The notes: generated by a model from the letters alone, not told the origin. 64,000 nucleotides of DNA from Guillardia theta CCMP2712 (GCF_000315625.1 NW_005434594.1:56482-120481); one strand, 5' to 3'; numbered from the stretch's first letter, positions 24,058 to 37,132 are shown. Made by a program: numbers and translations.

Positions 24058-26292
24058 TCAAAGGAAATCTACACAAACAAAGCGGAAGCTGGAAGGAGAT
24101 ACCGTGTGGTTGGATGAAACATTCTGAAAGCAAATTATATCCATCTCTGGCGTGTTGCTCCATTCGAATCCTTCGTGCATCAACTCCTCTTTGCAGTCAT
24201 CGGTCAGTTGGCCCATGCTGAAGGCACTGCGTTGCTGTGGCAAGCGATTGTCAAATCAAAATACGAGGGAAGAGAAAGGAATGAGAGCAAGGCATGAACC
24301 AACACAGATTGATAGGAAAGAACAAGGAGAGCTAGAGAAGTTAGAGGCAGGCAGGAAGTAATCAAGCGAGCCGGCAACAAGAAAATGCAAGAAATCAATA
24401 AATGCCAACATTGCTTGTTCAACACTTGAGGTCATGAGAAAATTCAGAGCATCTCATCATAATTTCATCACAACTCCATCACAAACACCAACAACGAGTG
24501 ACTTGGTTTCACGCACCCGGTGTACCCATTCTCCCAGTCGATCTTTTCCTATTCGAAAATCTCGCGGGACGTTGCTGTGCCCGTTTGCACCGCGGAATTC
24601 TCGTAACAAATTGATCTGCATGGGAGATCAGGGAGGGAGATTCGTTCGTAGACAGAGGTACAGAACGAAGAATTGTGATGAGAGAGAAAGTGAGGTAAAG
24701 AAGGCAAGGTAAGAGAAGGAGGCGGACTGAAGGAGAAGAAGATTACAAGTGAAAAACTTGTGAGATTGACAACAGCACGAGAAGTTAGTTGAGGATGGGG
24801 AGGGGAAAGGATGAGGAGTTGGGGTAAGGAAGCAGGGAGAAAAGGACGATGTAAACGAGAGAGAATAGATTACCATCCTGTCCCAGCAGCAAGATCGCTT
24901 TCTTACCCTGCAGAAGTCAAGCCCTCGCTTCATCAGCACTTCTTGCCTGATCAAGCAAGCAAGTTAAGGGCAGTAATGCCAGCAAAAACTTGAGCCAGCA
25001 AGGCATCGAAGGCAATGAGCTGAGGATAAAGGGCGCGGCAGATTTGGACAGGGAAGGAGGATGGTATTGGGAAGATGACGGGGGGAGATCAAGGACAGAT
25101 ATCTTTCTCTTCCCCTTCCTCACTACTTCTCTTCTCCTCTCCTCCCTCCTCATACCGCCCCCGCCCCATTCCCCCCTCCATTTACCTTTCTTGTGACAGT
25201 TTTCCATTCCTCTTCTTCAGGATCTGTCTCCGAAACCATTTGATCAAGTTCCACTCCGTCACAGCGTCCGAGCTGGGGCTGTTGGCGGCATGGATGAGAC
25301 TCTCCAAGTTTGAGTTCCATCTATGCAACAGACGATCGCTCACAAACCCGATGGATCGAAGCCACTTGCTCTTGCTCTCTGAGATCCGCTGCTTCTTCAT
25401 CCTCCTCCTCTGCTCCCTCACCCATCTCCCTAGACTCGCATTGTTTTGGCAGAAATCAGAAGGAACATGGCTATGGCCAAAGTTCTGTGCGAAGAGAACC
25501 AGGTCGTTGAAAGAAGAATACCAGCCTTTCTCCAGTGCGTTCCAGACGAATCCAATATCGTTCAATATCTTTTCCCTCTCAGCTTCAAGTCGATCCGATC
25601 GCTTCATTCTTCTTTGCAAGTCAACCCACAACGCCAGCGTCCTGTACCTCTTGGATCTCTTTGGGACGCAGCAGTGTCCTGCACCACCAAAAGAGTCAGA
25701 AGGAAGTGTGTGCAAGTTTCGATGACGTGATGGAGGCAACCATTATCACACCGTCAGCTCTGGACAGACAAAAATGTCTGAAAAGATGATGACGATGATG
25801 ATGATGACGACGACGACGAAGACGATGGTTGTGGTCGTTGTGGTAGTGGTGGTGGCGGTGGTGGAAATGCCGATGGGAATGATGATGATGACGATGATGG
25901 TGATGGTTGTTGTGATGATGCTGGCAGGGTGTAACAAGACAGGAACAAAGGATCTCACCGTGCACATGTTTGTAGCGACACAACATATTGAAGCAGAAGT
26001 TCCATTTCTCCTCGGAACCGGCAAACTGACGCCCTCTGATATCTTCAGACAGCAGATCATCATCAAACACGGTCTCTTCAGCCATGTGGCTTCTTGCATT
26101 CTTCGACATCTGCTGTCTGCTCCGGCTCACCAGCCGCATGTACCGTGATCTGCATGCTTTTGCCGTTCTGTTCACAAGAATGCTGCTGATTGTCGTCCAC
26201 CTTACACTGGCATCTCGAGCAAGCGCGACAAGAATGTCGTCCTCTTGCTGGGTCCAACCATCCCTGATGGGCAGATGGCTCTCCGACATCAT
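24058..26292 (-). CDS. Myb/SANT domain + tandem helicase-associated (HA, PF03457-like) domains; putative transcription factor
   Basis: GWTQQEDDILVALARDASVRWTTISSILVNRTAKACRSRY (Myb). WNFCFNMLCRYKHVH|GHCCVP...LALWVDLQRR...LNDIGFVW; WYSSFNDLVLFAQNFGHSHVP...LGRWVREQRR...LRSIGF; FRGANGHSNVP...LGEWVH...LMHEGFEW. Confidence 0.85.
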
Positions 26293-26524
26293 ACAGCAGC
26301 AAAGCAGCAGCAAGGGAGTCGAAGGAAGGGATCGCCTGAGCCCCATCCACATGTCTTCAGCGAACAAGATCTCTTCGTGGGGAAGATGCGAGTGCCTCCC
26401 TATGGCCAACTTGCTCCTCTCCTCCTCTTCTCCTCCCTCCTCCCTCCTCCCTCCTCTCTCCTCCCATATCAGAAGCGTCCCACAGCCCCCACCCCCCGTC
26501 CCCGCCTACTTGAGTCTCGTACTA

Positions 26525-26604
26525 TCCTCGACTCTCCTGATTGTCCTCCTACTGATTTTTAACTTAACTTTGAGTAAAGATCTTTGACTTAACTTTGAGT
26601 AAAG
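26525..26604 (-). repeat. Dispersed ~50-bp conserved element, copy 1, with duplicated CTTTACTCAAAGTTAAG word
   Basis: Reverse complement of 26525-26572 matches 44545-44592 at 46/48 positions. Confidence 0.9.
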
Positions 26605-27902
26605 AAGTAAAGTTTCTCAGTGATTTTGTTGAAACCCCCAAATTCCCCGGGACCCGGGCCCCGGGTCAGCATCAGCCCTTTAAAAATAGTAATAGTTTTA
26701 AAAACACAGCGCATATATATAACCCCTTCCAAAGGCCTCCATGCGACTCCGTAGTCCACCCCACCCACCCCCATTAAAAATGACCCTTTGAGTTTCCAAC
26801 GAATAAAATTGCCAACAGTTTTTAATATGGAGACCGGTGGTGTTTTATTGGTAAAATGAGGGTACTTGGGGAATTTCTTGGTTGTTCACTACCCACCCCC
26901 CAATGTAGCCATGAAGAATAATAAAAAGGGTCACAGAGGTCGACGTGCGACTCATGGACCCCTTGAGTGTAGGAGACTTGCCTATGACCGGTACCGTAAT
27001 TTCATCAGCAGAAGATTCGAAAAGAAGTCATTTCAATAGCGTATTGTACTGGTAGACGCAACACCCCACCATCGTTCTAGGGGGATGAAGCACCGGTGGT
27101 CAAGTGTCTCCCACATGATATAGATGGCGGTGATGAGTAGTGTAGGATTTGTGCGGAGGAATGGCAGAAGCAGTTTAGGGCGGGAGTGGAGGAGGGAGAT
27201 AGGAGAGGAGGTAGGTGTAAAGGGGGAGGATTTAGGAAGAGGGCGACATATGGCAGCAGCAGCAGCAGAGAGAAGGGAGTAGATTCGAGGCATGGTGGAA
27301 GAGTAGGTATCGGAAAATTAGGCAACCAGCATGGGATAGCTTAGATATGGCGAAGGCAAAGAAGGGAAGAAATGCTGCAAGTCCATCTCCTTTCTTGGCT
27401 TGCGTTTGTATCACTGATGTCCATACTCATGTCCCATATTTCACCCCTCAGCTGCAGTATGTAAGGAGGACAGCAATTGCTTTCTTTCATTGACCCTAGC
27501 TTAGATTGCCATGAAATTATTTCTCAAACCCTCTGCAATCATTGCACTTCACCGAGTCCATATCTCACTCTTATCTCCATCATTGCTTCTCTCCACCAAG
27601 TTCTTGGCTGTAATGGCTCATGTCTCTCCTACACTCTTGCGATTCTCTGCTGCCTTGGCTTCACACCTTTGCCCAACTGTTCGAGTCTATTTGCCCATCC
27701 CCGATATTTTACAGCTCAGTCTGTTGCATCCTCTTGGTTCTCTTCCTCTCGCTATTCTCACACTCCTCACCCTCTCTCCTTCGACCATTCACGTCATGAT
27801 ACTGTTTGATTTCTCCTTCAGGCCCAAACTCGGCATCTGCAACAACCTCCCAACAGCACAACGTGGCAGGCTGCACTGACAGAACCCTCGGGCTGATGGC
27901 AC

Positions 27903-29611
27903 ATGGAGGAAATCTTCTGGAAGCATACATTAGCGATTGAGAAGGATTCGCTGAAGAGAAAACGGGTAGTCCATGCCCCATCAGCAGGAGTCGAAGATCA
28001 GAGTCTGAAACGTTATTTTTCCATGTCGTCGGCGGCTCGTCGACACACCAAGAGAGTCAGCAAGCAGGGCGAGCGTGCAAGGACGCATGCTCTGCATACC
28101 CAGCTCGATGAGATGGTTCCTCTTCGAAGGGCACCCGAGGGAGGAAAGCTACAGTCGAAGAGGACGGTGTCTCAGCTGCTGGAAGACACGGTTGCTCATG
28201 TAAGGAACGAGAGGATGCGAGGGTCGACTAGCGAGCGCAAGGAAGTCAAGGAGGATGTCATGGAGGAGGAGGAGGTGGTGGTGGAGGAGGAGGGCCAGCT
28301 GCTCTCTGGCGACATGTTGTTGCAAGGGATGCTTTCGTCGCGCTCGTGCAACTTCATGGTGCTCAATCTTGACACCTTGAAGATCTTGTCGGCCAGTCGA
28401 TCAGCGTCGGACCTCTTCCAAGCTTTCACCCTCTGCCCCCTGCTTGGAATGAACATCCTCTTCATGGTCCATCACAGAGACGTGGCTGTGGTTCAAGAAT
28501 ACCTCCAGTCGTTCCAGGGGGACAGGGAGAGGGGAGCGATAGAGGCTTCTGTGCTGACGTTTCAAGGGAGTGCCGGGATAGCCTATGTCACTTTCAAGAT
28601 GCTCATTACGAAGGCCGTGGACTCTGAACGACGCTTCCTCTTCCTCGAGCTCCACCGGGAGGAGACAGTGAGGGTTCACAAGCCTGACACCATGCAGATG
28701 ATGTCGATTGACCTCCAGGACTGGACCAGCTTCGACTTCCAGAGGTTCGCTGGAGTCTTCCGGTTCGACGACTTTCTGTCCCAGGGCTCCCCGTGGGATC
28801 TTGACGAGCAGACCAGCGAGCTGATAGGCAGGAACACCAAGAACCCCAGCCTCTGGAGCCACATGTCCTCGAGCTTCATGCGCAACCAGCAGGTCGGCGC
28901 ATTGATCCGCCGCATCTCGTCCGAGGTCGGGCTGCAGATCGCGCGGCTCGTCAAGATGATGCTGCAGTTTCATTGTGCAGTAGAGGTAGACGAGCATGGG
29001 ACTCCCTTTTTCGTCACCTACGTCCGTATGAAGCTTCCTTCCTACCTCGGCTCCTTCAAGCTCGACTGGTTCGAGTTGCTCCGGATCGACTTGAATGGGA
29101 CCCCCAAGAAGGTGCCAGGGAGCGCAAACCTGCAAACAGCCACGTTCATCCACCAGAAGGCGAGGAAGGGAACGCTTGCTTTCTCTCAGTTTCTGTTCTA
29201 CGAGGAGGGAGGAGGGTTGAAGTGCTACCAGACCAAGCTGCTAGAGCTTGATAGCGAAACCATGCAGATCTGCTACTCGGGTGATTGTCCGGCCAAGTTC
29301 AGGTGGGGTGTGGGTGCTGAGAGGAGACGCTTGCGCTGTTCTATGTTGATCATGTATAATGAGAGATGAGATGTTTGCGCTGCTATCCGTCGTTTTTGAG
29401 TATTTCTCGTGATGCCACAGCATCTCGTGCAAGACGAGAATGTTCTATTCTTTCAGTTGATTTACTTGTCGCTCGTCCCTGGCTCTGCTAGCTCGTTCTC
29501 ACCTCAGATCTCCTGATCTCCTTCCCCAGGAACGTGCTGGTCAAGGTGGAGGACCTGGACCCCCGCGTGTATCCATCGATGCAGCCAGTGGCAGGAGGAG
29601 AAGGACGATAA
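27903..29611 (+). CDS. bHLH-PAS-like transcription factor
   Basis: RRHTKRVSKQGERARTHALHTQLDEMVP...KRTVSQLLEDTVAHVRN (bHLH). NFMVLNLDTLKILSASRSASDLF...LLGMNILFMVHHRDVAVVQEYL (PAS core). A likely last intron from ~29303 to 29529 gives a terminal exon ending TAA at 29611. Confidence 0.75.
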
Positions 29612-29668
29612 CGATGGTTCTGCTACCTTGTGACGGAGGGAGAGGATGCTGCTCGCCTCCTCCTCCGG

Positions 29669-31428
29669 TCAGAGTTGTGACGTGACCCACTCAGGAGGTG
29701 CTCTGAGCTTCTTGCTCTCGGCGTCGATACACAGGCATGTGATCCTTGCCTGTTTTGGGATCAGACGCAAAGAAGTCCCTCCTCCCTCCTCCCTGCTCTT
29801 TTTCCCTCCACTCTCCTCCCTCCTCCCTCCTCCCTCCTCCCTCCTCTCTATCTTCTTCATCTCTGAACTTTCTCTTCTACCACGAGCTCTCCCTCTTCTC
29901 CCTCCTCTACTCAATTTGTTCCCAAATCTCCTCCTCTCCCTTCCTTCCCTCTCATAATCACCTTTGCTTTCGTCTCTCCGCTCGCTGCCACGACTTCCTG
30001 TATAGCGATGACTCAATACTATGTGGAATAAATTTGGTTGGAGCGAGAAGAGAAGAGAAAAGGATGAGAGAAAGCGTTCTCAACACGGCAACAAGAAATA
30101 CAACACACATGTGAAGGGGATTGTTACCTGAAAGAAAGAAAACTTTGACTTGCGGAGTTGACATGTAGATCTGACGCGAACAGTGTCTCCAACCTCGCAG
30201 GGGATCTCATCATGGATGGAAAAATCGTTGAAATGGGTAACGACCTGAAGGAGAGCAGGTAAGAGGAAATGAGAGGATGGCAGAACATGGGAGGAGATAC
30301 CAAACAAGCTGAAGAACAACCGATGAACACATTTGAAACAGAACAATCACAATGACAGGTAACAGATAAACTAGAAGTACACAGAAACATCGGAAGAGAT
30401 AGAATACATCAAAGCAACAACTCAACAACAAAACGCAAAAACAATGTTGTGAGAGTGAAAGGACATGCAGTCGTTGACAAGAACACAACAGGGTCCTTAC
30501 AACGAGAAATCCCTCCTCTTTTAGCCTGTTCAACCCAGCAGGTCCGCCAAGGGCAATGTTTCTGTTCCTTTCAAACATCTTCGCAATGCTGTCGAGCTTT
30601 CTAGTCAGAAGGCAACCATCTTCCGCTTCCTTCCCTTACCTCAAGTCCGAAATCCTCCCCCTCCCATCGAAGTCGTCGGCAAAAACAATCACCTCCTCCT
30701 CGTGCACTCTCCCCTCCATCACAAACGTCCTGGTCTCTCCTGCAGCCTCCTCCTCCTCCTCTCCTTCTTCCAGCCATGAACGCACGGAGGAATTCCCACG
30801 GAATGCTTCAAGAACATCGCCTATGCCGGTGGAGGACGCATGAACAAACTTGGTCGTCGCCTCCATCTTCGCCAGCACAGCGTCCGTGTCCTCACAGATC
30901 AGGCTCTGCTCCCATTGTATCCCTCCTCTCCCCTTCGATGCCACAACCTTCGACTCGATCCTCAGCTCCTGTCCCAGCACAGCAGCACCAGGTAGGCGGA
31001 GCTCGTCGACGTAGGTGGTCAGAAGTTCTACGTCCTTTCTGCGCAGGTTCTTGAGGGGAAGAAGCCCAAGAGCTGTTTGTCTTGCTCTGTCGAAGAATTT
31101 GAGGTAGTTGCAGTTGTATACAACACCATAACAATCCTGTCGACCATGATGTTAGCGAAATTGCCTTCATCGTATCTGTAACGGCGCTTACAGTGTCTTC
31201 GATATAGATGGAGAACTTGTGAGAAAACCCTTGCAGACATTCTTGTCTTGTCACTGAGCTTGTTTGCTGCATCACGAGCGTCTTGTGGCATGGTCCTCTC
31301 ACAGAGCAGCGAGATGGTAGAGCAACCTGCCTCGCAGGAACTATCAGGCTCGAGAGAAATCCGACTGAAGGTCGAAGCGAAACCATGCTGGTCACTACAA
31401 GAAGCCAACCGGATGCTTGCAAGAGCAT
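29669..31428 (-). CDS. Double hotdog-fold thioesterase (YbgC/4HBT-like) with a bipartite plastid-targeting-like presequence
   Basis: ATG 31428 MLLQASGWLLVVTSMVSLRPSVG-F. FSIYIEDT|DCYGVVYNCNYLKFFDRARQ fits the YbgC pattern. Second repeat VIVFADDFDGRGRISD...MFERNRNIALGG. Ends CIDAESKKLRAPPEWVTSQL*. Confidence 0.8.
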
Positions 31429-33199
31429 GCCTGATGTATAAACCGCTTGAGGGACGTCGGCGTGACGAGATCCCACCTCAGTTTACGCTCTTCCTCCTCA
31501 GTCTACCTGTCGACGGCCTCCACACCAGCTACTTTCGAACGCTCCTCTTTCTGCAAATGCACGTTATCATCGACCATCAATGTTCACCCTGTACTATTCA
31601 TCGTGTTTGAAACTACGACAGTTGTGCGAACAAACACGATCTGCAACCATCACGGCACAGATGCAGCCTATCCTGGACTACCCGAGCAAACACTGCACAT
31701 CATCCGCTATCCTCTACTGTGATGTTCTTGTTGGGCCTGCGACGTAGCACAGAGCTTGGCAGAAAGCATACAAGCGCGAGAGGAGTCGCAGAGGCAAGCA
31801 TGCCCATGGCTGGTAAGCTCTACTGCTGTAGCTCAGGCTACTCTGACCACAAGCTCCCCAGGCCCCACCATTCTTGTTGACTGAAAAGATCAAAACAAAA
31901 AAATCAGGAAGCGAGTTCCCCTCAGGGAGCCATCTGACAGCCATGTACGGTCATCATGGTGACCGCCGGGCGGCTGCTGTAGTGAAGTCAAGATGCCTTG
32001 AGATGTCACATGAGAAGTTCTTGTTCACCTTTGTAGTTGTGGTTCAGTCCCAACAGTGTCAAGAACATTGTGGGTCCCGAGCAAGTCAGCCATGCAAGAG
32101 ATAACGATGGCCGAGGAGAAGAAGAGCAGGAGCCTATAGAACCGTGGCATGCGCTCCTCCTCCACGGTCGGAAGGAGCAGCACGAGAGTGGGGGGGCAAA
32201 GAACGGATGTTGCGCTTGTCTCACGGGAATAAGTGGCTATACTTGAGCAGCCATCACCTGAACTCCGTCACAGGCTTGACCGACATCGGAGACGCAGCTC
32301 GTGCTCCCGAAGAAGCCGACATCATCTAACCATTGGAGGAGCACAACGATCCTGCAAGAGACCGGGGAGCATTGTATTGTGGAGGTCAGGTACGTGAGTT
32401 TTGACGAGCTGATGTCACTTGAGAAGTTTGACGTGTGGCAACAGATCCCCACCTGCTCGGTTTCTACGACATCTTGACAAGAGCAGATTTCCGCGAGTTC
32501 TATCGTTGTATAGCTAGAGTTGTCAATAGCTCACGGCTGTATCCTTCCCTTCCACCCCTTCCTCCTCTCCTTGCACCCCTCCCTCACTCACGAAAGTCTT
32601 CGTGTTCAGAGGCCCTGGGGAACGGGAATGCTTCATCGTGTCTGCTCGCCCTCTTTGCTCAACTCTCCTGCTCTACATCCTTGCAATCAATTCTCCGGTC
32701 GTTCTTTTCCCTTCTCCCGTCCATTGCTTCTCTCCCTCGAAACCATACAGCCCTGATTTCATCATTCAGTGCTCGGACGCCAGCTCTAGCTCAGCTACAG
32801 CGCCATGTTCTCTGTGATGCAGGAGAAGTTGATTAGCCGACAAGTCTCGTGATCGACGAGATAGATGCTCGATCTTGAGACTGCGTGAAGGTATCACAAT
32901 GTACACCACAATCAAGAAGTTTTATCTTCCAGCGCCATGTCTGCTTGTCGTACTAACAGCTGAGTTGTTTTGACGATGAGAGACCATGTGTGTGTTGGGA
33001 ATTAAATGCATTCCTTGCAATCAGAATCACTCGGCGATGATGCTTTATTTGATCGACAAGTTTCTTTTCTTGATCAGTAAGAAAACATATGCACAATCTA
33101 GACAAGGTGATATTCAACAAGGTGGAATTCAAAACACATCGACAAACTTATGAGCTACACATCAAGACAATAATCCACGAAAACAGCGACAGACAAATA

Positions 33200-33910
33200 C
33201 AGGACAGGACATTCAGGACAAATCAGCAAGTGTACAGGCAAGCCTCTGGAACAATGCAGCAATGGTGCGGCCGACATGATTCATAAGCAAGTTTGCTAAA
33301 GAAGACGTCAAACCCAACTGACATCAAACGATGCGGCCACGTCACCTGGCAAAGAGGTACATAGGTAGAACCATGCCAAGAGCTGTAGCAGACTAGTCAG
33401 CTACACCTTCCAAGTGGATGTTGGGGGTCGCCAGACCTGATTGCCGCTGGCAACACAGTTGTACACGTCCACTGTCACTATGGCTGAGACGGTTCGGAAC
33501 GCGGCGACTAGGAGGGCGAAGACATCTTTCGGGAAGACGGGATGGGAGAAGAGGCCGAGGAGGAAGGCTCCGATGCCATGCACTGACAAGAGGGTGATAA
33601 GCCAAAGACGCTGCTGCAAGACCAACGCTCACCAATCAGGTGCTTCCAGGGTTGCTGTCTGAATAAGTCGGCGGAGCAAATCTGAGAAAATTTCAGGCGA
33701 GGGAAACGCGAATGCTGTTGGGATTTCCTTCAACTTGGACCTGATGCCAGCTCCAATGGCGCCGCCGAGTGCCGTCAGGAACTGAGCAAACAAGTCAGAG
33801 TGAGAGAGGAGCAAATCAAATGCTCATCACCAAAGTCTTGGATTGCGAGCTTTGACGATCACGGAGATGAGTGCTACAGTTGTTGGGGTACGGAGAGTCT
33901 AAAGACCATC
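33200..33910 (-). CDS. Hypothetical membrane protein (multi-exon)
   Basis: Hydrophobic exon-like segments FLTALGGAIGAGIRSK... and LWLITLLSVHGIGAFLLGLFSHPVF...VFALLVAAFRTVSAIVTV, separated by short GT-AG gaps. Ends uncertain. Confidence 0.4.
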
Positions 33911-35226
33911 GTTGCTGATTCCATTCTTCCCGCACGGTTATGGCGGCAGCTGAAAGAGCCATATGAAAGACAACTGGGACAAGATTCAGAGTCTCGTACT
34001 TGTCCAGCCACGCATGACTCGATTACCTACAACACAGAGAAGAATGTGACGGGCCATGGCGATAGGATACTGCCGAGGCCACTGATCAGCCACTAGGAGC
34101 AAGGTAGGCAGGGGCAGACAGTCGCAGGCGTGAAGAGACCACACAATGGACTGAACAAAGATTAGGCTGAACCTGAGTAGCTGACAGGCTTAGGAGAGAT
34201 AAGGACAGGATGGGCTGCAGGGGTTCGAGGAAAGGGAGGGCAGGAGAAGGGAGGGCAGGGCTGCGGGGGCTGGAGGGGTCGAGCCAAGGGGGTAGAGGGC
34301 AGGGCAGAGGGTGGAACATGATTTCTTTCATGCCACGGTTCGCTTTACAGGTCCATTTCGGTTGGCATTGGTCATTTGTACAGACAAATGTACCCACCCC
34401 TGGGGAGGAGGGGGTTACGGTATCGTCGTAGTACCCCCCTCGACCCGGGGTACAAGCTGTCCCGGGCTCCCGGACAGCAGCAGGCTGAATGAAAGGCTCA
34501 GTGGGAACCTGCGCTGTTTTTGACTAGTGGATGTGCTAGTGACTAGACTCCCTAGGCTGCGGCCTCTCAGTCTAGCAAGTCACGACTCGGGAAGCAGAGG
34601 GAGTACCCGTGGCTACTAGTCAATCTGATGATAATGGGGGGTCAGTCCAGCCGCTACCGTGCGTTGAGGTCCCGGCGGCCTCCTTGGTACTACAAGAACA
34701 AGTTAACGATGATGGAACATCTCCGATTCAAATTGTCTGACCCCTCCCTTCCCCCGGGAATACCACGGGTCCCGATGGAGTCACAGGGGGCCAAGGGGCG
34801 CAAGTCAACTTCCGAGGTTCCCACAGGCTACTCATGTCCCAGTAGGCCAGTAGTAGCGACCAGCTCACGTCCCTCAAGTCAGCCCAGCGGGCGCGACTCT
34901 CGAATTCGAAGCGTCGCAGTTGATCTAAACTTACCGTAGTACAGGCTCCGCCTGGCAAGCTTCATGCCTCCCTACCCCACCCCCCTCCATCCCACTCGTT
35001 CACCCCCCGATCCCCCTGCGCTCCGCACGGACTCCTCCTAACTTTGTTTGTTCCGCGAGCTCGGGTGGTTAACTTCAGGGGACCCTTGCGGGTGGGTGAC
35101 GAGGTACTGTAAAGTGACATGATTGGTGGACAGCCTTGTGACTGCTCGGAAAGGATACAAGGTGGGTGAAGAAGGGGTCACGAGATCACTTTGTAGCGTT
35201 CGGGTGTAGTGGGAGCGAGCAGCAAG

Positions 35227-37132
35227 ATGGGCGCGGCATCTTCAGCAAGGAACAAGCCGATCGGTTGTTGATGCTTGTTCATTGGAATCAAATCTGACAT
35301 GAAACAGATTCAGGTCTCAACTCGACAAAAGTTTTCTTGGAGAAAGATATCAGGATACCTTACCCCAGTGACCATGACGAGAACATCTCGCTGCAAAAGC
35401 GAATCTTCCATCCGTCCAACAAGCAGATCTCAGTGGAGCGCATTGAGACGCCGCGACTCTCAACGCCGAGCACAACCATCCACGTGTACAGCTATGAAGA
35501 TCAGAATTTAGTAGCAGAGTTTGATCCATCAATCGCGAGGAAACGACTGGATGAGATGTGGAGGCTCTTTATCAAGTTGTCTTCATGAAACTGTCATGGT
35601 TTGGAACTGAGACATGTGCAGTTTTGGAGAAGAAAGAGATCCGTACCAAGTTCACCTGGACCAAGTAGCTGACCGGTATATCCTAACCAAGGGATTTCAG
35701 CTGATACGCGACGAGTTGATGTTGGGTGATGAAAGTCAGTGTTGCTTGACTCCTTTCTTCTCATCGCCCGGCAGGTTTCAATCACAGTCGTTCGACTTGT
35801 CAAGCATGCTCGGCCGACTTGACATTGCCATCCGTCATCACGACGTGAATCTGCTAAGATGTCGATGAACCAATTTCTGACATGTCAAACTAGCTGCGGA
35901 TATACCAACTGCGGTGATCGCATCTGTCAAAATGCAGTCAAAGCATACACGAGGACGGTAAGCGTGGACATGTTCACATATTGTTTTGTTGCTGTCAGAC
36001 AGCATCCTAGATAATGGTTTTACACGTCAGGTTGCCAGCCGTTTTGCCTCTTTGACTGAAGTTGGAGAAAGCAAACCTGAAATCTTCTGCCCGACAGGAG
36101 GAGGAACAGACTCTGGGTAAGAGACATTCTACAAAAGAATGTGCTTGATGCTTTTTCCAGAGCCACTCTTGCTCATGTAACTGTCGCTCATCAGATAGAC
36201 AAGTCGATTAGAGATCAGTTGTATAACGGCAACCCGCGCTCATTCATCCTTGTCAACATCGACATCAACACGCACTGTGGTCATTCAGAACAGGGTGGGA
36301 CGGTAAGAGGGTCTTATCAACAGGTCCATTGATACTCATATACTTGGCCTCAGGTCACATATGGGAAGGCGCAGGAGTCCAACTACAGGGAGGCGAGAGC
36401 TGCCTGTGGTGCTATCGCGGGTTTGTTGAGCAAGTACGATGGAAAGAATGGCGTGCATGTTCGTCTTCGCGCAGACTTGGGGGAGGATAATTTCGAATTT
36501 CTCACCAAGAACAGTGAGAACTTGAAATGTTGAGAGCGATGACATGTGCTGACTACGATGCTGGGGAAAGAGGTTCTAGCGGATGATGGCTCGGAAGTGA
36601 CCATGTTGGTTGCCGCGTGCATCGTTGCCGTACAGGGGATGAGAAATACTCTCAAGGTAGATTATGCCCTTGCAAGTTGAGCTCCTTGGTTGAGTTTCAT
36701 TGCAGGCACTTGCGCAGAACGAGCTTGACGAGCGAGGCGTTGGGCATGTTACAGCCTGTGTCGACGTCAATAACATGGGAGCTGATGAGTGTTTGATATA
36801 CTGCGCAAGGGGAACTGTATACCATCTCTTGAACATGTTGCTCTTGTTAATCATGTATGCCCAGGTCTTCAATGGTAAGATCATGGAGCAAGGCTTGGGA
36901 ACCGAAGCGTCAAAGTGAGTACTCAGGCATCATTTCTCCTTATCTCTTCTGATACTACCTTCTCTGTTGATGTTTAGATACATCGCAAAGATGTCCTGTG
37001 GGGCAGATGGCAAGAAGAGAGTGAAGCTGTTTTATGGAGATGAAGTATGTAGCCATGTTTGGGCTCCCTGTGTTTCTGACTTGAGCCCCTCAGCAACTGA
37101 TGAGATCAGCAAGTTTTCAAAGTAATTCCTGA
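35227..37132 (+). CDS. LCIB/LCIC (theta-carbonic anhydrase)-like protein with N-myristoylation motif; about 10 exons
   Basis: MGAASS start splices in frame to GLNSTKVFLEKDIRIP. Ordered candidate metal ligands STCQACSAD ... IDINTHCGH ... RAACGAIAGLL resemble the LCIB C-H-C triad and ACGA motif. Ends QLMRSASFQSNS*. Confidence 0.5.

Noticed and set aside
27477-27879. Hydrophobic ORFs upstream of the bHLH-PAS gene
   Set aside because: Pyrimidine-rich tract bounded by GTAAG (27461) and TTCAG (~27821); more likely a 5' intron.
31940-32840. Possible small plus-strand gene
   Set aside because: Splice-like signals are present but I could not assemble a consistent frame or recognise a domain.
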